From assembly GCA_016218725.1 (NCBI GenBank), contig JACRDB010000023.1:4479-68478 (forward strand): a stretch of 64,000 nucleotides of DNA, read 5' to 3'. The position numbers and the translations under genes are program-made. Source of the DNA: Deltaproteobacteria bacterium. GTDB taxonomy: Bacteria; Myxococcota_A; Polyangia; Polyangiales; Ga0077539. Below, piece after piece: positions 54,811 to 62,031 of this stretch. The notes under the pieces are model-generated. The model was given only the letters and a program-made list of their open reading frames with translations, had not been told where the DNA came from and did no database searches. Numbering within the stretch: position 1 is the first letter of the stretch; every line of letters begins with the position of its first letter.

Positions 54811-54843
54811 ATCATACCCCCCCCCCCATTGAAATTTTGTCAA
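54811..54843 (-). promoter_or_regulatory. Sigma70-like promoter TTGACA-21 nt-TATGAT whose spacer contains a G11 homopolymer (54817-54827)
   Basis: Minus strand reads ttgaca aaatttcaat ggggggggggg tatgat, within the only AT-rich stretch of the region, ~55 nt upstream of the orf132 ATG. Confidence 0.5.
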
Positions 54844-54902
54844 TACACGCCAAAAAATCTTGCAATTCCGATGTGTTACGCGCATCAATCAGGATATTTT
54901 CA

Positions 54903-54992
54903 CGAGACCTGCGTCTCCACCAGCGAGGCCTCTGGAGGAGGGTGCCGGGACCTCCGCGTCCACGCCGACGTCGCCCAGGCGAAAGAAGGGCT
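54903..54992 (-). pseudogene. ~90-bp ghost copy of the junction between beta-helix paralogues B and A
   Basis: Aligns by eye with 48999-49091 (about 85% identity, one 3-nt indel). It reads ...PFFRLGDVGVDAEVPAP... versus PPFFRLGGVGVDAEIPALP...*MEAQVS in the intact genes. Confidence 0.7.
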
Positions 54993-54994
54993 CC

Positions 54995-55038
54995 TCCCCC
55001 CGGGGTCGTCACCCCTGCCGTCGAGGCTCCACCGGCAC
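54995..55038. repeat. Copy of the 3' end (last 9 codons + stop) of the histidine-kinase gene
   Basis: 55002-55038 versus 56662-56698: 37 nt with 2 mismatches. It would read VPVEPRRQG* on the minus strand. Confidence 0.8.
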
Positions 55039-55096
55039 GCTGTTTGCTTGTGATCCCCGGTTGCCTGCGAAGCTCGTCCGGTCCTGGTCGGTCAAT

Positions 55097-55114
55097 GACT
55101 ATGGCGCCATAGTC
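55097..55114. promoter_or_regulatory. 18-bp perfect palindrome GACTATGGCGCCATAGTC
   Basis: Direct reading; located ~190 nt upstream of ORF 55303. Confidence 0.35.
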
Positions 55115-55302
55115 TTCGGGGCACCGCAGGAGTAGACCCCGCTGGGCGCCAACTGGGGAAGCGTCGGGGCGTTGGACTACGAAGGCAGGCCACCGACATA
55201 AGGCCGCGCAGTAGGGGCAGTGTTGCGCAGGGCGGCAGCGCCTCTGTGGCGGTGCGGCCCGGCGTTGCGAGGGGTCATCGCGAGGGATAGGCTACCGAGG
55301 TC

Positions 55303-56271
55303 ATGCCGTCGGCCCAAAGTGCAGCGCCGCGCCCTGTGTACCCGCGCGCGCCGGAGAGGCCGCGGCTCGCACCCGACGTCGCGCTGACGCGGCAGACGGT
55401 GCGCCGGGTAGCGCTCCTGTTCCCTCCCGCTCGGCGGGCGGCGCTGCGAGCTGCCTTCCGGCAGCTCCGCGACGAGGTCGCGGCGAGGCTGGTGAAGGCA
55501 CGCGACGCTGGCGAGGTGTTCGCGTTGCTCGCGGAGCTGGAGCCAACGTCCTCCGCGCTGTGCTCGTTCATCGGGAGCCTGTTCCAGGACTTCGATCCCG
55601 GCGCCGTCGCCCAGACGACCGACCAGGGCGTCGAGGAGATCCGCGCACTGAGGCGCAGCTCACACCGTCGCATGAAGCCCGCTACCGCCGCCGAGCTCGA
55701 CGACGCCCTGGCGCTCTACGAGGCGTCGGTGCGGGTGCTGGGCACTGTTGACCTCGGGCGCGCGGTGCTCCAGACCGACACGGCGCGGACCTTCACGCAG
55801 GCCGCGGCCGACTCTGACGCCCTACTGGTCACGGTGGCGATGGTGCTCGACGGCGAGCTCAAGACCCGGTCGGCGCGCGGCTTCGCGGCGCTGGTCGGGG
55901 CCCTCCGCGACGTGTGCCTGGCGCGCTACTCGCTCGCGCGAGAGCTCGCCTCAATGGCCTCCCTCGACCCCGGAGCATGCGTCGAGGAGCGGGTCGAGAG
56001 GCTCCACGGCGGGCGTCGCACCTTCGCGCTGCGCGACGTGATGCACGTTGCGTTCGTCGAGGGCGACGGAGGTGTCACTGCGATCCTGCACGCGCTCGAC
56101 CTCAGCGCCGCGGCCCCGACCCGGGCGGAGGCACTGGTGGAGCTCGGCGAGCGCTTCGCCGCGCTGTGGGACGCGGTCGCCGAGGACCACGCGGCGCCCG
56201 TGACGCTCGACGCCGAGGCGCTGCGCTGGCGCCTGCGACGGGTCATCGGCGACGTCGAGGCCAGCGTGTGA
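55303..56271 (+). CDS. Hypothetical protein, helical N-terminal ~230 aa plus a C-terminal HicB-like module (tentative)
   Basis: The C-terminus ...FALRDVMHVAFVEGDGGVTAILHALDLSAAAPTRAEALVELGERFAALWD... resembles the HicB antitoxin N-domain pattern (memory only). Its stop overlaps the next gene's start. Confidence 0.5.
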   Translation: MPSAQSAAPRPVYPRAPERPRLAPDVALTRQTVRRVALLFPPARRAALRAAFRQLRDEVAARLVKARDAGEVFALLAELEPTSSALCSFIGSLFQDFDPGAVAQTTDQGVEEIRALRRSSHRRMKPATAAELDDALALYEASVRVLGTVDLGRAVLQTDTARTFTQAAADSDALLVTVAMVLDGELKTRSARGFAALVGALRDVCLARYSLARELASMASLDPGACVEERVERLHGGRRTFALRDVMHVAFVEGDGGVTAILHALDLSAAAPTRAEALVELGERFAALWDAVAEDHAAPVTLDAEALRWRLRRVIGDVEASV

Positions 56272-56606
56272 CGGCCCTGAAGGCGAAGGACGTCGAGGAC
56301 GCACTAGCAATCAAGGGCTTCGAGGTCGTGCAGGGCAAGCACCGCGAGTTCCGACTGATGGTCGAGGGGCAGCGGACGAGCGTGGCGACCCACACGTCTC
56401 ACAACTCGCAGGAGATCGACGATTTCCTCGCCAGCATGATGGCTCGGCAGCTCCACCTCCCCAAGGCCGATTTCCACCGGCTGGTAGGGTGCTCGCTCTC
56501 CGGCGAGGAGTACCTCAAGCGGATGGTCGCCGAAGGGTGGGTGGTGCTGGCCAGCGCACCGCCGGCGCCGTCGAAGGCGACGAAACCCCGGCGGAAGGGT
56601 CGTTGA
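56268..56606 (+). CDS. HicA-like small protein (tentative) with basic C-terminal tail
   Basis: GTG at 56268 (GTGTGA overlap). LKAKDVEDALAIKGFEVVQGKHREFRLMVEGQRTSVATHTSHNSQEIDDFLASMMARQLHL resembles the HicA pattern (K..l..L...Gf.....G.H..f......v..H....i....l..i.kql.l). Confidence 0.45.
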   Translation: MTALKAKDVEDALAIKGFEVVQGKHREFRLMVEGQRTSVATHTSHNSQEIDDFLASMMARQLHLPKADFHRLVGCSLSGEEYLKRMVAEGWVVLASAPPAPSKATKPRRKGR

Positions 56607-56661
56607 CCGGGGGGCGCCGACGACGGACGGAGCCGTAGCGGGCCGCACCTGCTTCGCCCCG

Positions 56662-56698
56662 GTGGTCGTCACCCCTCCCGTCGAGGCTCCACCGGCAC
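56662..56698. repeat. Master copy of the repeat: the authentic 3' end of the histidine-kinase gene
   Basis: See 54995..55038. Confidence 0.8.
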
Positions 56699-58258
56699 CG
56701 GCTGCCCCGTGGACGGCGACCGCTCGGAGAAGGTCACGAAGCTCAACCGAGGGGTGCGGGCTGGATCCCGCAGGGGGAGCGTGAGCACGAAGCGCGCGCC
56801 GCCTCCCGAGCGCGCCTCCAGGCCCACGTCCCCGTCGTGGTCCAGGGCGATCTTGCGCACGATGGCCAGGCCGAGCCCGGTGCCCTCCGCCCTGGTGGTG
56901 AAATACGGGTCCCACACCTTCCCTCGCTGCTCCGGCGGGATGCCTGGGCCGTCGTCTTCGACCACCAGCCACGCCTGGGCCTCGCCCTCGCGGGTGGTGT
57001 GCAGCCTCGCCCGCACCCACACGGTGCCGCCGGGGCCTCCCTTCTGGGCCCGGGCCTCCAGGGCCTGCACGGCGTTCCTCACCAGGTTCTCAAAGGCCCT
57101 CCGGAGCATCATGCGGTCGATGCGCACGGGGATCGGCTCCGTCGGCGCGTCAAAGACCACCGCCACGTCGTCCCGGCGGGACGCTCCCGCGGCCTCGTCC
57201 AGGAACGCACGGCTCCCGGCCGCGTCCCGCAGGAACTCCGAGAGGTCCCCGGGCGAGGGCTTCACCTCCGGGAGCTTGGCGAAATCCGAGAAGGCCGTCA
57301 CCAGCCTCCGGAGCGTGCCCACCTCCTCCTCGACCACCTCCCGGGCCGTGTCCAGCGTGCGGCGGTAGCGCGCGTCGTCGCCCTGGTACTTCCTCGCGGC
57401 CTCCTGCACCGCGAGCTGGATGGGCGTCAAGGGGTTCTTGATCTCGTGGGCCAGGCGCCGGGCGAACTCCTGCCAGCCCGCCAGGCGCTGGAGGTAGTCA
57501 ATCCGCTCCCGCGAGAGCGCCAGCTCCTCCACCATGAGGTTGAAGGCCCGGATCAGCGCGTCCACCTCGGTGTCCCCGTGGGGCCTCACCCGCACCGAGA
57601 GGTCCCCGGCCCCGACCCTGCCCGCGGCCCTGGCCACCAGCGAGAGCCTCCGGGTGAAGGCCCTCGCCAGGAGCGCCCCCACCAGCCCCGCCCCGAGGGC
57701 CGCCGCGAGGGCCGTGAGCACCACCCCCGGAAGACCCCCAGCGCGCGCCTGGAGCGGCGTTTGCGGCGCCTCGCAGCGCGGCTGGAACTGCACCGCCACG
57801 GTGAGCCCCGAGGACCCGAGCGGCGCCGCGCGGTGCACCCTCGGGCACGCCAGCGAGCGCCCCTCCCGCGGCGCCGTGGTGGCCGTGGCCAGGGCCGCGC
57901 CCTCGGGGGTCACCACCTGCGCGCCGGTCGCGTCCACCGCGGGCCCCAGGGCCGTCACGCTCCGGAAGAGGGCCTCGGTGCACCTCCTCCGCGCGGGGGT
58001 GTCCACCCTGGGGTCCGCGCCGCCCAGGGCCAGGAGGAGCGCGCCCCGGACGCCCTCCAGGGCCTCCCGGTGGAGCGCGCCCAGGGCCTCGTCCCGCGCC
58101 CCCTCGGCGCGGGCGACGCGCGCCCGGGCCTCGCGCTCCAGGCGCTCGCCCGCCGCGCGCTCACGGCGCGCAAGGCCCCCCGCCAGGAGCCCCGCGGGCG
58201 CCGCCGCGGCGAGGCCCACCAGCAACCCCAGCCGGAGCTCAAAGGACGCGCCAGCCAT
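56669..58258 (-). CDS. Sensor histidine kinase (periplasmic/TM region + HAMP + HisKA + HATPase; NtrY-like)
   Basis: HAMP LSLVARAAGRVGAGDLSVRV...IRAFNLMVEEL; H-box FARRLAHEIKNPLTPIQL; N/G boxes LVRNAVQA, VEDDGPGIP and GTGLGLAIV. Confidence 0.88.
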   Translation of the reverse strand: MAGASFELRLGLLVGLAAAAPAGLLAGGLARRERAAGERLEREARARVARAEGARDEALGALHREALEGVRGALLLALGGADPRVDTPARRRCTEALFRSVTALGPAVDATGAQVVTPEGAALATATTAPREGRSLACPRVHRAAPLGSSGLTVAVQFQPRCEAPQTPLQARAGGLPGVVLTALAAALGAGLVGALLARAFTRRLSLVARAAGRVGAGDLSVRVRPHGDTEVDALIRAFNLMVEELALSRERIDYLQRLAGWQEFARRLAHEIKNPLTPIQLAVQEAARKYQGDDARYRRTLDTAREVVEEEVGTLRRLVTAFSDFAKLPEVKPSPGDLSEFLRDAAGSRAFLDEAAGASRRDDVAVVFDAPTEPIPVRIDRMMLRRAFENLVRNAVQALEARAQKGGPGGTVWVRARLHTTREGEAQAWLVVEDDGPGIPPEQRGKVWDPYFTTRAEGTGLGLAIVRKIALDHDGDVGLEARSGGGARFVLTLPLRDPARTPRLSFVTFSERSPSTGQPVPVEPRREG

Positions 58259-58261
58259 CGC

Positions 58262-59380
58262 TCAGCGCTGCGCGAGGAGCCGCGCGAGGACGTTCACCGA
58301 CGCCAGCGTACACACCACCAGGAGCCCGAGGAGCGCCCGCTCCTCCAGGGTGCTCGCCCGCAGGCTCCAGCGCCTCGGAGGCGCCGGGTCCAGGCTCCCC
58401 GAGCGCTCCACCGAGAGCCTCGGGGGCGAGTCCAAGGGCGCAGGCGCGACCACCGCCGCGGGCGTGGGCGCGGGCGTGGGCGTAGACCCGCGGCCCTCCG
58501 TGGGAGGCGCCTCCTGCGCGCGCTCCGGCGCCGGGGCCTCGGCGTGGCCCTCCGCGGGGGGCGCGGCCTTCCTGCGCACGAGGTAGATCTTCACCGTGCT
58601 CTCCACGGCCTCCGTGGGGGGCTTTCCCCCGTCGATGCCCGCCACCGCGTAGGGGCCGGTGGACACGGCGCCGGGCAGGGGCATCGGCGGGAGCGCGTCG
58701 GGCGGCGCGCCGGGCGCATGCATGCTGGGAGGGCGGTACGACGGCGTGCGGCTCCGGAGGCTGCGCTCCAGGATCTCCGCCACGGTGACCTCCAGCGTGC
58801 GCAGGAGCGCGTCCCTCGGCACCGGCGGGGCCGTGCTCGTGCGCTCCTCCAGCACCGTGAACGCGGGCTTCGCCACGATGCTCCAGCGCCCCTCGCGCCA
58901 GTCGAACACCGCGTTGACGCCCTCGTCGTCGCTGCCGTCCAGGGTGATGGAGTCAAGCTCCCCGCGGCGGTAGCGCGCGTCGCAGGTCTCCACCGCCCCG
59001 TCCCGAAGATGCTCCACCGTGAGGTGACCGCTGAGCCCCGTCACCTCGCAGTAGTGCATCAGGTCCCCCATGGTCGCGTCCTCCAGCCTGCCCTCCAGCT
59101 CCAGGTACGATAGCTCCGTACATTTCCCGAGGGGTGGGAGCTTCTGCGACAGTACATAGGTCCCCTCGGTGGCGGCGAGGAAGCGCTCCAGGACGGCGTG
59201 GGTGGGGTCCTCCGGGCCGTGGAGCTCCGGGGCGCCGCCCACCAGGGGGAGCTCCCCGGGCTCCGGGCGGGTGACGCAGAGGGTGCCGGTGAAGCGCACC
59301 TTTTCGCACCAGCGCAGGACCTCCTGGGGGGGCGTCCTGGCGAGGTCCCCGTGGGGCGGCAGGGTCTGGTCGGGGTTCAC
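58262..59380 (-). CDS. DUF4388-like protein with Pro-rich linker and C-terminal TM anchor
   Basis: Two PatA-N-like segments (...RWCEKVRFTGTLCV..., ...CEVTGLSGHLTVEH...) and the C-terminal helix ALLGLLVVCTLASVNVLARLL. It ends 3 nt before the kinase start. Confidence 0.65.
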   Translation of the reverse strand: MNPDQTLPPHGDLARTPPQEVLRWCEKVRFTGTLCVTRPEPGELPLVGGAPELHGPEDPTHAVLERFLAATEGTYVLSQKLPPLGKCTELSYLELEGRLEDATMGDLMHYCEVTGLSGHLTVEHLRDGAVETCDARYRRGELDSITLDGSDDEGVNAVFDWREGRWSIVAKPAFTVLEERTSTAPPVPRDALLRTLEVTVAEILERSLRSRTPSYRPPSMHAPGAPPDALPPMPLPGAVSTGPYAVAGIDGGKPPTEAVESTVKIYLVRRKAAPPAEGHAEAPAPERAQEAPPTEGRGSTPTPAPTPAAVVAPAPLDSPPRLSVERSGSLDPAPPRRWSLRASTLEERALLGLLVVCTLASVNVLARLLAQR

Positions 59381-59408
59381 GGCCCCGAGCGTAGAATGTG
59401 TGGGCGCC

Positions 59409-60674
59409 TCAGGGGAAGATGTCCCGCTCGCGGTACACCGTCTGGATCCGGTCGAGGGCGACGCAGTACGCCGCGGTGCGCAGGTCCACGTCCTTGCTGC
59501 GGGCCATGTCCACCACCTCGCGGTAGGCGTTCTTCATGGCCTTCTCCAGCTTCTCGTCCACCTCCTCGAGGTCCCAGCTCTCGCTGCGCTTGTTCTGCAC
59601 CCACTCATAGTAGCTCACGGTGACGCCGCCGGAGTTGGCGAGCACGTCCGGGAGGATGTCCACCCCGCGATCGAGGAGGATCTTCTCGCCCTCCGGGGTG
59701 AGGGGCCCGTTGGCGCCCTCGGCGATGAGCTTGCAGTCCAGGGCGCGGGCCTCCGCGGCGCCCACCTGCCCCTCGAGGGCCGCGGGGATGAACAGGTCGC
59801 AGCGGGTGGAGAAGAACTCCTCGCGGGAGATGGGCTGCCCCGAGGGGTACCCCTGGATGGTGCCGTGCTGCCGGGTCCACTCGCTGAGCTTGTGGGGGTT
59901 GAAGCCCTCGGGGCTCCGGAGGTACCCGAAATGGTCCCCCACGGCGATGAGAGATGCCCCGTACCGGGACAAGATGGTGGCCGCGTTGGAGCCCACGTTG
60001 CCGAAGCCCTGGACGATGTACGTGCTGCCCTCCAGGTTGAAGCGCCGCTCCCGGGCCCACTCGGTGATGCAGTGCACCACGCCCTGGCCGGTGGCCTTCT
60101 CGCGGCCGACGGTGCCGCCGGAGGCCACGGGCTTGCCGGTGACCACGCCGCGGGCGGCCTGCTTGTTCACGTGGCCCACGGTGTTCATGTACGTGTCCAT
60201 GATCCAGGCCATCATCTGCCCGTTGGTGCCCACGTCCGGCGCGGGGATGTCGTAGTCCGGGCCGATGTTGCCGCCCAGCGCGTGGGCGAAGCGCCGGGTG
60301 ATCCGCTGGAGCTCCGCCGTGGAGTGGTTCCGGGGGTTGAACTTGATCCCCCCTTTGCCGCCGCCGTACGGCAGGCGCATGAGCGCGCACTTCCAGGTCA
60401 TCATGGAGGCCAGGGCCTTCACGTCGTCCAGGGTGACGGACTCGTGGTACCGGATCCCGCCCTTGAAGGGCCCCAGGATGTTGTTGTGCTGGATCCGGTA
60501 GCCCTTGAAGAGCTTGACCTCGCCGTTGTCCATCCGCACCGGGAAGTGCACGATGATCTCGTTCCGCGGCTGCGAGAGGATCGCCTCCACCGCCGCGTCC
60601 AGGTGGACCACCGAGGCGGCCTTGGACAGGTACTCCTGAACAACCTTGAAGAACTCGTACTTGTCGCTCGTCAT
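59409..60674 (-). CDS. gdhA: Glutamate dehydrogenase (Glu/Leu/Phe/Val dehydrogenase family)
   Basis: ...GYRIQHNNILGPFKGGIRYH...KCALMRLPYGGGKGGIKFNP...VQGFGNVG.... Confidence 0.93.
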   Translation of the reverse strand: MTSDKYEFFKVVQEYLSKAASVVHLDAAVEAILSQPRNEIIVHFPVRMDNGEVKLFKGYRIQHNNILGPFKGGIRYHESVTLDDVKALASMMTWKCALMRLPYGGGKGGIKFNPRNHSTAELQRITRRFAHALGGNIGPDYDIPAPDVGTNGQMMAWIMDTYMNTVGHVNKQAARGVVTGKPVASGGTVGREKATGQGVVHCITEWARERRFNLEGSTYIVQGFGNVGSNAATILSRYGASLIAVGDHFGYLRSPEGFNPHKLSEWTRQHGTIQGYPSGQPISREEFFSTRCDLFIPAALEGQVGAAEARALDCKLIAEGANGPLTPEGEKILLDRGVDILPDVLANSGGVTVSYYEWVQNKRSESWDLEEVDEKLEKAMKNAYREVVDMARSKDVDLRTAAYCVALDRIQTVYRERDIFP

Positions 60675-60762
60675 GCGCTCAACCTTCTTCCCTTCGTGAG
60701 TACGCGGCTGCGCGGGGCCCGGACTTGAGCCTACCGGGGCGCCAACGTCAAGACAGGTGCGC

Positions 60763-62028
60763 TCACAGGAGCTCCTCCGGCGGGGCCTCCGGGAGCTCCT
60801 CCGCGTCGGTGCCGTCGATGGCGTCCGGGGCGTCCGAGGCGTCGGGCAGGTCGTCGTCCGCGGTGGGATCCGCGGTGTCCCCGGCGTCCCCGGCGTCCAT
60901 GGCGCCCGCGTCCCCTCCGGCGTCCTCTCCGGCGTCCCCTGGAGCGTCTCCAGGGGTGTCCGCGAGGTCGTCCATGGGGTCCGTCGCCGCGTCGAGCCAG
61001 GCGTCCCCGAGGGCGTCTCCAGGGGTGTCCGAGGGCCGGGCGTCGAGCACCGGGCCCGCGTCCCGCAGGAGGGTGGTGGCCCGGATCCGGTCGCAGGTGG
61101 TGAGCCCCGCGCTCTCCACGCCGTCGTAGCAGAGCACGAAGCCCAGGCCCCCGCCGCGCAGGTCTCCCTCGATGAAGAACGTCGCCCGGCCCGTGCGCCG
61201 GAGGTGCTCGGCCTTGAGGGCGGTGCGCTCGCTGCGCGCCAGCTCGATGCCCCGGGACTCCCTCGCCACGAGCTGCACGGGGATGGGCGTGGGGGACACC
61301 ACGAGCCCCAGCCAGTTGTTCTGACACGCGTAGCCCTGGTTGCCGTTCATCGCCGTGCCGCCGTAGGGCACGCTCTGGGCGAACACCTGCGACAGGATCC
61401 CGTAGCTCAGGGACAGGTCCAGCCGCTCGGACGAGAGCCCGAAGGACCCATGCACCCCTCGCACCTCGGGGACGTTCCTGCCGCACTCCGCGCAGGTCTT
61501 GTCCTCCAGCACGCCCAGGACGCCCGCCGCGCGACCCATGCCCGCGGGCTCCGAGGTGAGAATCAGCGTGGCCCTGGAGCCCGGGTCGAGCCCCACCACC
61601 AGCGAGGCCACGCGGGTGCTCGTACACGCCGCCCCGTGGACCACCGCCACGAACTCCCAGGGCTCGTTCACCCGCGCGGGCTGCGTCCCCGGAGGCCCCA
61701 GGGCGCTCACCTCGCCGTAGGTGAGCCCCGCCACGGGCCAGGAGGCCGTGCCCACCTTGGAGAAGGTCCCCTGGGCGTTCCGGCGGTAGCACAGGTCCAG
61801 GGCCGGGAACCCCGTGGCCATATGGGCCAGGCGCAGCCTCGCGGTGAAGTCCAGCGGACAACCCCCGTCCATTCTTGGAGGGGCCGTGTCCACGGGGGCC
61901 GTATCCGGGCCGACCTCGGCGACATCCATGGGCGTGGTGGTCACCCGGGGCCTGCGAAACGCGTCGAAGTCCAGGGGACAGCCCGACGCCCCGAGCGCCG
62001 CCAGCGCGAGGACCGCGCGCGCCCGCAT
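60763..62028 (-). CDS. Hypothetical lipoprotein with strongly acidic D/A/G/P-rich C-terminal tail
   Basis: MRARAVLALAALGASGC lipobox. The globular middle has no recognised family. Confidence 0.65.
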   Translation of the reverse strand: MRARAVLALAALGASGCPLDFDAFRRPRVTTTPMDVAEVGPDTAPVDTAPPRMDGGCPLDFTARLRLAHMATGFPALDLCYRRNAQGTFSKVGTASWPVAGLTYGEVSALGPPGTQPARVNEPWEFVAVVHGAACTSTRVASLVVGLDPGSRATLILTSEPAGMGRAAGVLGVLEDKTCAECGRNVPEVRGVHGSFGLSSERLDLSLSYGILSQVFAQSVPYGGTAMNGNQGYACQNNWLGLVVSPTPIPVQLVARESRGIELARSERTALKAEHLRRTGRATFFIEGDLRGGGLGFVLCYDGVESAGLTTCDRIRATTLLRDAGPVLDARPSDTPGDALGDAWLDAATDPMDDLADTPGDAPGDAGEDAGGDAGAMDAGDAGDTADPTADDDLPDASDAPDAIDGTDAEELPEAPPEELL

Positions 62029-62031
62029 CGG

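Noticed and set aside
56837-59113. 758-aa plus-strand ORF, and similarly 60731..62512 (-), 40207..42012 (+) and 19450..21051 (+)
   Set aside because: They are antisense or out of frame to genes with recognisable domains or signal peptides. Their composition is typical of GC-rich artefacts.
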